DNA of 62,140 bases, from positions 1 to 62,140 of the forward strand of contig CAKPCJ010000004.1 in assembly GCA_934141575.1 (NCBI GenBank). Direction: 5' to 3'. The notes beneath the pieces were generated by a model. It saw nothing but the letters and a program-made list of their open reading frames with translations, was not told where the DNA came from and searched no databases. Source of the DNA: an uncultured Bacilli bacterium. GTDB taxonomy: Bacteria > Bacillota_I > Bacilli_A > RF39 > UBA660. Made by a program: the position numbers and the translations under genes. This document shows positions 27,922 to 37,640 of this stretch, in pieces (position 1 is the stretch's first letter; the number at the start of each line of letters is the position of its first letter).

Positions 27922-29175
27922 GTGATAATAGCTATTGAAAAAATTCTTTGGGGATTAGCAACAACATTATTATTAGGGAGTGGAATATACTTTACTATAA
28001 GATTAGGTTTTCCACAGTTTAAAATAAAAGACTTGTGGAAAAGTGTTAGTGAAGGTAAATCTGGATTAAATACATTAAATTTAACTTTAGCAGCAAAAAT
28101 AGGTGTTGGTTCATTAGCAGGAACAGCATTAGCAATATATATAGGAGGATTAGGTACGATATTTTGGATGTGGATAAGTGCAATAATATGTGCAGCAAAT
28201 ACGTATTCTGAAAGTTATTTATCAGTTATAAACAGGAAAAAAGATAAAGATGGAACGTATTATGGAGGCCCACCATTTTATATAGAGAATTTACTTAAAA
28301 ATAGAACACTAGCAATAATTTATGCAGTAATAATTATACTGGCATATGTTGGAGGATTTTTATCAATCCAAGTAAATACTATATCAAAAGTTCTAATTGA
28401 TTATATAAATATTAATCCTCTATTCATCGGTATAGGTATTGCGATAATAACATCACCAATTATAATAGGGGGTGTTAATAAAATAAGTAAAATATGTGAT
28501 AAAATTGTGCCTATAATGACAATAATATATTTATCCACATCATTTTTTATTATTTTAATAAATATAGGTGATTCATTAACAATTATAAAGAATATAGTAA
28601 TAGACGCATTCAATTTCAAATCAGCAATAACAGGAACAATCTCGACATGCCTGATAGGAATTCAAAGGGGAATATTTTCAAATGAAGCAGGAATAGGAAC
28701 AGCAGCCATAACATCGGCAACAACAACTGAATTTAACCCACAGAAACAAGGATATACACAAATAATAGGGGTTTATGTAGCAACTCTTGTAATATGCACA
28801 ACAACAGCAATAATAATATCACTCGCCGGTTACAATCACTTAAATATAATTGATCCGAATGGAATAGAAATAACAAAATTTGCATATAATTATCACCTTG
28901 GAACATATGGTACGATAACAATAATTTTAACAATAATACTTTTTGCATTATCAACAGTAATTACAGGATATTACTATGGTGAAGCAAACCTAAAATATCT
29001 TATCAACAGTAAAACTAGTATTAAAATATTAAAAATATTAACAATTATAATACTAGTTTTGGCAAGCATAATATCTAGTACTACAATTTGGATGATAGTT
29101 GATATATTTGTTGCAATACTTGCAATAATAAATGTATATTCACTTTTTAAATTAAGAAATTATATAAAAAAATGA
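27922..29175 (+). CDS. Alanine/glycine:cation symporter (AGCS family)
   Basis: GTG start. GSGIYFTIRLGFPQF, SNEAGIGTAAITSA, and about 11 TM helices. Confidence 0.8.
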   Translation: MIIAIEKILWGLATTLLLGSGIYFTIRLGFPQFKIKDLWKSVSEGKSGLNTLNLTLAAKIGVGSLAGTALAIYIGGLGTIFWMWISAIICAANTYSESYLSVINRKKDKDGTYYGGPPFYIENLLKNRTLAIIYAVIIILAYVGGFLSIQVNTISKVLIDYININPLFIGIGIAIITSPIIIGGVNKISKICDKIVPIMTIIYLSTSFFIILINIGDSLTIIKNIVIDAFNFKSAITGTISTCLIGIQRGIFSNEAGIGTAAITSATTTEFNPQKQGYTQIIGVYVATLVICTTTAIIISLAGYNHLNIIDPNGIEITKFAYNYHLGTYGTITIILTIILFALSTVITGYYYGEANLKYLINSKTSIKILKILTIIILVLASIISSTTIWMIVDIFVAILAIINVYSLFKLRNYIKK

Positions 29176-29212
29176 TCACATTGTGATATACTTCAACTAT
29201 AGGTGATTTTAT

Positions 29213-31357
29213 ATGGATAAAATTGAATTATTAGCACCAGCAGGAAACAAAGAAAGTTTGTACATGGCAGTTCATGCCGGTGCAGATGCAGTTTATTTAA
29301 GCGGAAAAAATTATGGTGCTAGGAAATTTGCAGATAATTTTAATGACGAGGAAATAGTAGAAGCAATAAATTATTGTCATAAATATTGTGTAAAAGTATA
29401 TGTAACATTAAATACTTTGATATTTGAAAGCGAAGTAGAAGGTTTTATAAATTATGCAAAATTTCTATATATAAATAATGTAGATGCCGTTATTGTACAA
29501 GATATAGGAATGATAAATTTATTAAGAAAAACAATACCAGATTTAGAAATACATACATCAACCCAAACGCATAACTATAATATAAATACAACAAAAATGT
29601 TTAAAGAAATGGGAATAAAAAGAGTAGTTTTAGCTAGAGAACTAACGTTAGAAGAAATTAAAGCTTATAGTGAAATAATGGATACAGAAGTATTTGTACA
29701 TGGAGCAATATGCATGTGCTATTCAGGATGTTGTTATATGAGCTTATTAAGAGGTGGAAGAAGTGGAAATAGAGGAGAATGTGCTGGAAGTTGCAGGCTG
29801 CCATATAAAGTGAATGGAAAAACAGAATATGCACTTAGCACAAAAGATCTGTGTAATATAGAAGATATAGATAAAATAATTGAATCCGGTACGAAAAGTC
29901 TTAAAATAGAAGGAAGAATGAAGTCAAAAGAATATGTGTATTTAGTTACAAAATTATATAGGAAAGTAATTGATAAATATTATGACACAAAAAAAATAGA
30001 AATAGATACAAACACATATCATGATATACAAAGAGTTTTTAACAGAGATTATACAAAGGGTCACAAATTTAATGCAAGTGATGTTATGAACAAAAAGCGT
30101 CCAAATCACCAGGGAATAAATATAGGACAGGCTATAAAAGTAGATGATAAATGGATAACAATAAAACTAGAAGATAATTTAATAATAGGAGATGGAATTA
30201 AATTTGTAGTTGAAGATAACGGTTTAACAATAACAAATATTTTCAAAAATGAAAAGAAAATCGATAAAGCAACTAAAGGCGAAGTAATAAAAATAAAAAA
30301 TTCTATAGGTTTAACAAAAAAATCTCGAGTTGTAAAAACTACAGACAAGCTATTAATAGATTCATTAAAAAATATAGAAGAAAAAAGAATAAAAATAAAC
30401 TGTAATGTTAAAATAGAATACCCGTTTATTACTATTGAATATGATGATGGTAATGTAGAATCCATAACTAAAGAAATAGTTCAGAAATCAAGATCAATAA
30501 TAACAACAAATGAAGAAATCAAAAAGCAAATGTCAAAGCTAGGAAATACACCATATAAAATTGATAAAATAAATATTGAATCTGATAAAAAAGAAATATT
30601 CATAAATATAAAAGATTTAAATGATATAAGAAGGCAAATAATAGATAAACTAATAGACAAGCGTGTAAATTACAACAGGACATTAAATAAATTAGAGTAT
30701 AATCCAATAATTAATATGAATAATGATAAAATAGAAATAAGTGTATCAATTACAAATGAAAATCAATATGAAAAATTAAAACAGTTAAAAGTAGATAATA
30801 TATATACAAACAATATTAAATTATATAATGAACATAAAAATGAAAATATATATTACATCATGCCAAGAATAATTGAAAAGGAAAATAATGACATTAGTAA
30901 TATAGTTATAAATGATTTTAATTTTATACCAAGCAAAGGAAACATTGTATCTAATTATTACATGAATATAACAAATAAATATTCAGTTGATTTTTTGATA
31001 AAAAGAGGCATAAAAAAAATATGTGTATCACCAGACCTAAATTTTGATAATTTAAAGGATATAGCAACTAATAATAATGTAAACTTTGAAGTTCAAGTGT
31101 ATGGTTATTTAGAAGCAATGATAACAAAAAATAAAATAAAAGGAATAACGGAACTGAAAAGTGCAAATTATAAATATAGAATTATAGATAATAATAATTA
31201 TATGACTATATTAACGGAAACAATAAATAAAATAACTAGTATGAATGAATACAATAGAATAAATATCAAAAATTATAGAATAGATTTTCTAGATGAATCT
31301 CCAGAAGAAATGGAAAAAATAATAATGCAAGTAAAAAAAGAAATATTGCGTTTTTAA
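29213..31357 (+). CDS. Long-form peptidase U32 family protein (Fe-S-binding; collagenase/RNA-hydroxylase family)
   Basis: ELLAPAGN, VQDIGM, E-V-F-VHGAICMCYSGCCYMS...GNRGECAGSCRLPY, and a long C-terminal extension. Confidence 0.8.
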   Translation: MDKIELLAPAGNKESLYMAVHAGADAVYLSGKNYGARKFADNFNDEEIVEAINYCHKYCVKVYVTLNTLIFESEVEGFINYAKFLYINNVDAVIVQDIGMINLLRKTIPDLEIHTSTQTHNYNINTTKMFKEMGIKRVVLARELTLEEIKAYSEIMDTEVFVHGAICMCYSGCCYMSLLRGGRSGNRGECAGSCRLPYKVNGKTEYALSTKDLCNIEDIDKIIESGTKSLKIEGRMKSKEYVYLVTKLYRKVIDKYYDTKKIEIDTNTYHDIQRVFNRDYTKGHKFNASDVMNKKRPNHQGINIGQAIKVDDKWITIKLEDNLIIGDGIKFVVEDNGLTITNIFKNEKKIDKATKGEVIKIKNSIGLTKKSRVVKTTDKLLIDSLKNIEEKRIKINCNVKIEYPFITIEYDDGNVESITKEIVQKSRSIITTNEEIKKQMSKLGNTPYKIDKINIESDKKEIFINIKDLNDIRRQIIDKLIDKRVNYNRTLNKLEYNPIINMNNDKIEISVSITNENQYEKLKQLKVDNIYTNNIKLYNEHKNENIYYIMPRIIEKENNDISNIVINDFNFIPSKGNIVSNYYMNITNKYSVDFLIKRGIKKICVSPDLNFDNLKDIATNNNVNFEVQVYGYLEAMITKNKIKGITELKSANYKYRIIDNNNYMTILTETINKITSMNEYNRINIKNYRIDFLDESPEEMEKIIMQVKKEILRF

Positions 31358-31400
31358 AGCAATAGTGGTAATATATTATATAGAATAAGGGAGGCTTGTG

Positions 31401-32162
31401 ATGGAAAACGTATTACAAATTTTATCTGACAACTATATTTGGGTTATATGTGCCGCAATTTTTATAGTTTTTACAGTAATTGGATACTTTGTTGACAGAA
31501 ATCAAACAAAGAAGAGAAAGGCAAAAGAAAATATAGAAATGGCTTTTGGTAACAAATTGGATATAGATGGAATAGATAAAGAACAACCAAAAGAAGAAAC
31601 GGAACCAGCGACACCCATAGACGTTGATTTCGATATGAAAACTGATAAAAAAGAGGCAAAATCATTTTTAAAAGAAGATAATTATGACTTAAGCAGTTTA
31701 ATGAAGGAAAGCATAGAAGAAAATAAAGAGTCAGAGAATCAACCGACACAAACAGCTGAACCAGTTCAAGAAAACTCTTATGACAGAAATTTGGAATACT
31801 TGTTAAAAGAAAAAGAACAACCAAAAGAAGAAATAGAGTCAATAGATGATTTTTTACAAAGAACAATGAGAGAAGCGTATAAACCAAGTAAAGTTGACGA
31901 AAATATTGAAGAATCAAGCACACTTGAGAAAAGCAGCAATGAGCTAGATTATGATGATACTTTACCTATACCAATTCAAAAAGAAGAAGACTTTTCACCA
32001 GTAGAAGTAACTGTGGTAGATCCAGAATTTTATAAAGGGCATACGAATACTAGTACAGAAGTAAATACTAATAGTGGTCCAGACTTTAAACCAATAGAAG
32101 ATGCAATATTAGAATCGCTTGGAAAACTAAGTGAAAAATCGGAAAACACAAGCAATGAATAG
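31401..32162 (+). CDS. Membrane-anchored highly acidic protein of unknown function
   Basis: One N-terminal TM helix (IWVICAAIFIVFTVIGYFV), then about 210 aa of E/D/K-rich low-complexity sequence with a repeated KEQPKEE. ATG follows GGGAGG. Confidence 0.5.
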   Translation: MENVLQILSDNYIWVICAAIFIVFTVIGYFVDRNQTKKRKAKENIEMAFGNKLDIDGIDKEQPKEETEPATPIDVDFDMKTDKKEAKSFLKEDNYDLSSLMKESIEENKESENQPTQTAEPVQENSYDRNLEYLLKEKEQPKEEIESIDDFLQRTMREAYKPSKVDENIEESSTLEKSSNELDYDDTLPIPIQKEEDFSPVEVTVVDPEFYKGHTNTSTEVNTNSGPDFKPIEDAILESLGKLSEKSENTSNE

Positions 32163-32182
32163 TGTAAAGTATACTAAAAAAC

Positions 32183-32211
32183 TTGTAAAAAAAAATACCA
32201 ATTGATATAAT
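32183..32211 (+). promoter_or_regulatory. Putative sigma-A promoter upstream of pduL
   Basis: TTGTAA-17 nt-TATAAT with a TG extension (TGaTATAAT). Confidence 0.5.
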
Positions 32212-32271
32212 TAAATAGGGTTCTCTCCATCACGGAGAGTTTTTAATTTATAATAAATAGGAGATGATTTT

Positions 32272-32841
32272 ATGAAGATACCAGTTGGAATATCAAACAG
32301 ACATGTTCATTTAAAAGAAGAAGATTTACACACGTTATTCGGTGAAAACTACGAACTAACAGTACAAAAACATCTAACACAACCAGGCGAATTTGCATCG
32401 GCCGAAACAGTAACTCTAGAGGGACCAAAAGGCTCTATTGAAAAAGTAAGAGTGCTAGGGCCAGTAAGAAAATACACTCAAATAGAAATTTCAAAAACTG
32501 ATAGCTACAAACTAGGTGTAAAGCCACCAGTAAGAATGTCAGGTAATCTAGAAAATAGTGAAACAATAACAATAATAGGACCAAAAGGCTCTGTAACAAC
32601 AACAGGTTGTATACTAGCAGCAAGACATATACATATAACAGAAGAAGACTTAAATAAATACAATTTAAAATTAAATAAACCATATCAAATAAAAGTAAAT
32701 GGTGAAAAAGAAACTATTCTAGGAAGTGTATATATAAAAACAGGAAATTCATATTTTGAATTACATTTAGATACAGATGACGCTAATGCATGTATGCTTA
32801 AAAATGGCGACATGGTGGAACTAATAACAGATGAAGAATGA
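32272..32841 (+). CDS. pduL: Phosphate acyltransferase PduL (phosphate propanoyl/acetyl-transferase)
   Basis: Both PduL repeats are present: PVGISNRHVHLKEEDL and ILAARHIHITEEDL. Confidence 0.85.
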   Translation: MKIPVGISNRHVHLKEEDLHTLFGENYELTVQKHLTQPGEFASAETVTLEGPKGSIEKVRVLGPVRKYTQIEISKTDSYKLGVKPPVRMSGNLENSETITIIGPKGSVTTTGCILAARHIHITEEDLNKYNLKLNKPYQIKVNGEKETILGSVYIKTGNSYFELHLDTDDANACMLKNGDMVELITDEE

Positions 32842-33046
32842 AATTAGAATATGTGATAAATGTAAATTTATAAACATAAAAACAATAGTACCCAAAATAA
32901 AAGAAATTGATCCTAATTGCACAATAAAAATAGGATGCTGTAACTTCTGTGGAATGTGTAAAGAATGTGCATTCGCCATAAAAAATGGTATACCATTAAC
33001 TGCAAAAACAGAAGATTTGCTTATAGAAAAATTAAAGTTAAACTAA
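32831..33046 (+). CDS. Cys-rich DUF1450 (YuzB-like) protein
   Basis: 71 aa with the pattern IRICDKC...EIDPN...IGCCNFCGMCKECAFAIKNG...EDLLIEKL, which matches the DUF1450 layout. Overlaps pduL by 11 nt. Confidence 0.55.
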   Translation: MKNEIRICDKCKFINIKTIVPKIKEIDPNCTIKIGCCNFCGMCKECAFAIKNGIPLTAKTEDLLIEKLKLN

Positions 33047-33073
33047 ATAGAAGTCACAAACTTCTATTTTTTT
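33047..33073 (+). terminator. Rho-independent terminator after pduL-DUF1450
   Basis: ATAGAAGT-cacaa-ACTTCTAT followed by TTTTTT. Confidence 0.8.
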
Positions 33074-33088
33074 CGACATCCATCGACA
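33072..33088. promoter_or_regulatory. Two Spo0A-box-like heptamers upstream of spo0A
   Basis: TTCGACA (33072..33078) is an exact reverse complement of TGTCGAA. ATCGACA (33082..33088) reads TGTCGAT. Their centres are 10 bp apart, about 90 nt upstream of the spo0A ATG. Confidence 0.55.
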
Positions 33089-33171
33089 AAACCTTACAAT
33101 AAAAAATATAGAAATATTTAGAATAAAATAGTATAATAGTAAACACGTGGTGGTACATGAAAGGAGAAATA

Positions 33172-33939
33172 ATGAATAAGATAAGAGTTTTAATGGTGGA
33201 CGACAATGTCAGCCTTATTGAAATGATAAAGGAGTATAGTAGTAACCATCAAAAAATTGAAGTAGTATTAAGTGCTAATAATGGCGAAGATGGAATAAAA
33301 TTAATTGAGTCAAAGAAGAATGATTATGACATAATAGTTCTAGACTTACTAATGCCTAAAAAAGATGGAGTATATGTGCTGGAACAAATGAAAGAAAAAA
33401 ATATATCAAAACCGGTAATAGTATTAACATCATTTGATGCAGCAGATATGATAAGAAGAGTATCAAGTTACGGAATAAACTATTATATACTAAAACCATT
33501 CGAATTAGCCGATTTAGAAAAAAGAATAATTGAATGTTGTGAAACTACTAAAGAATCAAAATCATTTGATATTCAAAACAACAACTTGCAACTTTCAATA
33601 ACTAAAATATTACATGAACTTGGTATACCTTCACATATAAAAGGATATCAATACATAAGAGAATCAATAATATTGTTATACAATAGACCTGAAATAGTAG
33701 GTGGAATAACTAAAGAATTATATCCAGAAATAGCGAGTAAATTTAATACAACTGTCTCAAGAGTAGAAAGAGCAATAAGACATGCAATTGAGGTTAGTTG
33801 GAATAGAGGGGACTGGAATCTTATGGAAGAAATATTTGGACACAGCGTAGATATTGATAAAGCAAAACCAACTAATTCAGAATTTGTAGTTACAGTTGCA
33901 GATAAATTAAGATTAGAGTTTCACGGAATAAGGAGTTAA
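33172..33939 (+). CDS. spo0A: Sporulation master regulator Spo0A
   Basis: Receiver domain ([22 protein letters not shown]) and a Spo0A-specific C-terminal domain ([35 protein letters not shown]). Confidence 0.95.
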   Translation: MNKIRVLMVDDNVSLIEMIKEYSSNHQKIEVVLSANNGEDGIKLIESKKNDYDIIVLDLLMPKKDGVYVLEQMKEKNISKPVIVLTSFDAADMIRRVSSYGINYYILKPFELADLEKRIIECCETTKESKSFDIQNNNLQLSITKILHELGIPSHIKGYQYIRESIILLYNRPEIVGGITKELYPEIASKFNTTVSRVERAIRHAIEVSWNRGDWNLMEEIFGHSVDIDKAKPTNSEFVVTVADKLRLEFHGIRS

Positions 33940-33962
33940 ACACAATAAAATGTGTTTTTTTT
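33938..33962 (+). terminator. Rho-independent terminator of spo0A
   Basis: AAACACA-ataaaa-TGTGTTT followed by a T-run. Confidence 0.8.
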
Positions 33963-33995
33963 CTAATTTGTGGTAAAATTATATTGGGTGATAAA

Positions 33996-35498
33996 ATGAA
34001 AACAACATTATTATGTATATTAGATGGATTTGGAATAAGAGAGGAAGTTCATGGAAATGCTGTAAAACAAGCAAATACGCCAAACTTTGACTATTTGTGG
34101 AACAAATATCCACACAGCTTATTGCATGCAAGCGGAAAATTAGTTGGATTACCTGATGGTCAATATGGAAACAGCGAAGTAGGTCACATGAATATAGGTG
34201 CAGGTAGAATTGTATATCAACCCCTTGAATATATAAATCAAAAAATAAGCACAGAAGAATTTTATGAAAATGAAGAATTATTAAAAGTAATAAAACATGT
34301 GCAAGAAAATGATTCTAGACTTCATATAATGGGATTATTAAGCGATGGAGGAGTTCATTCACACATAGATCATTTTTTAGCAGCTCTTGAGTTAGCAAAA
34401 AGAAACAATATAAAGAAAGTTTATTTTCATATTTTTACTGATGGTAGAGATACATACAAAGATGTAGCAATGAAATATATTGATAGACTAACAGAAGAAA
34501 TAGAAAACCAAGAATTAGGTGAAATAGCAAGTATCAGTGGAAGATATTATGCGATGGATAGGGACAACAATTGGGATAGAATAAAGAAAGCATATGATGC
34601 AATAGTAACAGGAACAGCTCCAGAATGTATGAACATTCCTGAAATGATAGAAGAAAGTTACAAAAATGGCGTATACGATGAATTTATCGAACCACATGTA
34701 GTTAATGAAAAAGGAAACATAAGAGAAAATGATGGAGTAATTTGGATAAATTATAGACCTGATAGAGCAAGGGAAATATTAAAAACTATAACAAATAAGT
34801 CATTTAATGATTTTAAAACAATAAAATTTAGTAATGTATTAACTGTTACAATGATGCCAACAAGTGATGAGGTAGTAGCAAAGAATGCGTTTAAAATTGA
34901 AGATGTAATTAATCCAGCAGGTCCATACTTAGATTCATTAGGTATTAAACAACTTAGAATTGCAGAAACAGAAAAATATGCACATGTAACATTCTTCTTT
35001 GATGGTGGAAAAGAATTAGAATTAAAAAATGCAACTAGAATATTAATTCCATCACCAAAAGTTGCAACTTATGATTTAAAACCAGAAATGAGTGCATATG
35101 AAATAACAGAAAGACTTTTAAATGAAATAGGAAATTATGATTTCGTAGTATTAAACTTTGCAAATCCAGACATGGTAGGTCATACTGGTGTAATGGAAGC
35201 TGCAATAAAAGCTATTGAAACAGTAGATGAATGTTTAGGAAAAATTAAGAATAAAATAGATGAGGTTGGTGGGACTCTAATAGTAACAGCAGACCACGGA
35301 AATGCGGATTACATGTTAGACGAAAATAATACAGTTATAACTTCACATTCTTCAAGTTTAGTACCATTTATAATTTGTAGAGATGGATTGAAACTAAAAA
35401 ATGGAAAATTGGGAGATATAATGCCAACTATACTAAAATTGATGAATATTCCTATTCCAAAAGAAATGACTGGAGACATACTTATAGGAGATGAATAA
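33996..35498 (+). CDS. gpmI: 2,3-bisphosphoglycerate-independent phosphoglycerate mutase
   Basis: LCILDGFG, GNSEVGHMNIGAGR, FANPDMVGHTG and VTADHGNAD. Confidence 0.95.
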   Translation: MKTTLLCILDGFGIREEVHGNAVKQANTPNFDYLWNKYPHSLLHASGKLVGLPDGQYGNSEVGHMNIGAGRIVYQPLEYINQKISTEEFYENEELLKVIKHVQENDSRLHIMGLLSDGGVHSHIDHFLAALELAKRNNIKKVYFHIFTDGRDTYKDVAMKYIDRLTEEIENQELGEIASISGRYYAMDRDNNWDRIKKAYDAIVTGTAPECMNIPEMIEESYKNGVYDEFIEPHVVNEKGNIRENDGVIWINYRPDRAREILKTITNKSFNDFKTIKFSNVLTVTMMPTSDEVVAKNAFKIEDVINPAGPYLDSLGIKQLRIAETEKYAHVTFFFDGGKELELKNATRILIPSPKVATYDLKPEMSAYEITERLLNEIGNYDFVVLNFANPDMVGHTGVMEAAIKAIETVDECLGKIKNKIDEVGGTLIVTADHGNADYMLDENNTVITSHSSSLVPFIICRDGLKLKNGKLGDIMPTILKLMNIPIPKEMTGDILIGDE

Positions 35499-35500
35499 AC

Positions 35501-35944
35501 TTGAAACTGATAATAATGGATAAAGGCAAAAAAAGAATTAACAGACTAATAGAATGGCTATTATACATGTTAGGATATACTTTGGTATTAACAATAGTTT
35601 CATTATTATTTGATGAGCATTTAAAAATAGAAAATGCATTTTATGGATTTCTAGCAGTAGTGATAATATATCTATTAAACAAAACAATAAAACCAATATT
35701 AGTTAAGCTAACAATGCCACTTACTGGTATAACACTAGGAATATTTTATCCATTTATTAATATTTTAATATTATATATAGTATCATTTATATTAAGAGGA
35801 CATTTTAAAATTATAGGAATGTCAAACGTAAAAGGAATACTAATATTATTTGTAATGGCTATACTGATATCTTTAATGAATATTATTATGGAAGACAAAG
35901 TAATAAAGCCAATATTAGAAAAAGGGAAGAAAAAAGATGAGTAG
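35501..35944 (+). CDS. Four-TM membrane protein, phage-holin-family-IV/YvlD-like
   Basis: Hydrophobic pattern with LNKTIKPILVKLTMPLTGITLGIF. TTG start at 35501 (ATG at 35516 is an alternative). Confidence 0.55.
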   Translation: MKLIIMDKGKKRINRLIEWLLYMLGYTLVLTIVSLLFDEHLKIENAFYGFLAVVIIYLLNKTIKPILVKLTMPLTGITLGIFYPFINILILYIVSFILRGHFKIIGMSNVKGILILFVMAILISLMNIIMEDKVIKPILEKGKKKDE

Positions 35945-36713
35945 AATTGCAATAAGTATAGGAGGAATTAACATATATTGGTATTCAATAATGATATTAC
36001 TGGGTATAATAACGGCATACTTAATTGCAAGAAAAGAATCAAAGTCCTTAGGAATAAATAAAAATGATTTAGATGATTTTGCCTTTGGTTTAATTCCGAT
36101 TGCAATCATAGGAGCTAGGTTATACTATTGTATCTTTGCATTTAATGAATTTAAAGGTAATTTGTTAAGTATATTCAAAGTTTGGGAAGGTGGACTAGCC
36201 ATACACGGAGGAGTAATTGCAGGTGCTATATGGCTAATATATTTCACTAAAAAAAGGAAAATAAATACTATTAAATTTATGGATATGGTATCGCTTGGTT
36301 TGATACTTGCACAAGCAATAGGGAGATGGGGAAATTTTTTCAATCAAGAGGCTCACGGCGGACAAGTTACAAAAATGTTTTTAGAAAACTTACATCTTCC
36401 AAAATTCATAATAAAAGGCATGTGCATAAAGGGTATTTATTACCACCCAACATTTTTATATGAATCATTGTGGTGCTTATTAGGCTTCATAGTATTACTT
36501 ATAATATTTAAAAAGCTAAAAATAACGGGATTAACCGTAAGTGCATATCTTACGTGGTACTCACTAGGAAGATTTTTTATAGAAGGCTTAAGGACAGACA
36601 GCTTAATGATTGGGCCTCTGAGAATGGCACAAGTAATATCTTTAGTATTATTTATAACGGGAGTAATAGGAATAATACTTAGTTTAAAGAAGAGAAGTGA
36701 AAATAATGTATGA
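35937..36713 (+). CDS. lgt: Prolipoprotein diacylglyceryl transferase
   Basis: WEGGLAIHGGVIAG, GRWGNFFNQEAHG and YHPTFLYES. Confidence 0.9.
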   Translation: MSRIAISIGGINIYWYSIMILLGIITAYLIARKESKSLGINKNDLDDFAFGLIPIAIIGARLYYCIFAFNEFKGNLLSIFKVWEGGLAIHGGVIAGAIWLIYFTKKRKINTIKFMDMVSLGLILAQAIGRWGNFFNQEAHGGQVTKMFLENLHLPKFIIKGMCIKGIYYHPTFLYESLWCLLGFIVLLIIFKKLKITGLTVSAYLTWYSLGRFFIEGLRTDSLMIGPLRMAQVISLVLFITGVIGIILSLKKRSENNV

Positions 36714-37608
36714 TGTAATAATAATTGGATGTGGACCAGCGGGAATGACAGCAGCAATATATTTGAAACAAGCAGGAATAAATGTGGCAATAATAGAAAA
36801 GAATGCTCCTGGTGGAAGCATGAATATGGCAATAAATATAAAGAATTATCCAGGATTTAATCAAATAAAAGGTGCGATGTTATCTCTAAATATGTTTAAT
36901 CAAATAAGAGAATTAGAAATTCCATATATATATGGTGATGTAATCGCGATAAATGATGGCGAAATCAAGCAAATAATAACAAATAAAGATACATACGAAA
37001 CTAAATATTTGGTAATATCAACTGGTAGAAAAAATAAGGAATTGCACATTCAAAATGAAAAAGAATATCTTGGAAAAGGAATAAGCTATTGTGCAATTTG
37101 TGATGGATCTTTATATAAAAACAAAGAAGTAGTAATAGTTGGTTCAAGTATAGAAACCGCAGAAGAAGCTTTATATTTAGCTGATCAATCCGAAGGAGTA
37201 ACTATAATAAATCAGGAAAAAGATTTAAATATAAACGATGAACTAAGAAATTCTCTGAAAAATAAAGAAAACATACATTATTTAAACAATAGTAAAATAA
37301 TAAGATTAATAGGTAATGACTCATTAGAACAAATAGAAATAAAAAATGTAGTATATAACGAAACGTTTACTAAAAAAATAGATGGACTATTTGTATCAAT
37401 AGGGTATGAACCAAATAGTAAGATTTTTAGTGATTTAGGTATAAATTGTAAAAATGGATATATAGTAGTAGATGATAACAATAGAACTAATAAAAGAAAT
37501 ATATATGCTATTGGAGATATAACAAGCAAAAAACTATATCAAGTAGTGACAGCAACATCAGATGGTGCAAAAGCGGCATATGATATAATTTGTAAAGAAA
37601 ATAAATAA
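36706..37608 (+). CDS. Thioredoxin-reductase-like flavoprotein lacking NADPH-binding motifs (FFTR-like)
   Basis: FAD motif IIGCGPAG and redox CAICDG are present. The NADPH GGGxxA motif reads VGSSIETAEEA, and the HRRxxxR position reads NQEKDLNI. Confidence 0.75.
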   Translation: MYDVIIIGCGPAGMTAAIYLKQAGINVAIIEKNAPGGSMNMAINIKNYPGFNQIKGAMLSLNMFNQIRELEIPYIYGDVIAINDGEIKQIITNKDTYETKYLVISTGRKNKELHIQNEKEYLGKGISYCAICDGSLYKNKEVVIVGSSIETAEEALYLADQSEGVTIINQEKDLNINDELRNSLKNKENIHYLNNSKIIRLIGNDSLEQIEIKNVVYNETFTKKIDGLFVSIGYEPNSKIFSDLGINCKNGYIVVDDNNRTNKRNIYAIGDITSKKLYQVVTATSDGAKAAYDIICKENK

Positions 37609-37640
37609 AAAACAAATAAGAATTATACTTATTTGTTTTT
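37607..37640. terminator. Bidirectional terminator between the convergent TrxR-like and DHH genes
   Basis: AAAAACAAATAAG-aattata-CTTATTTGTTTTT. Confidence 0.8.
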
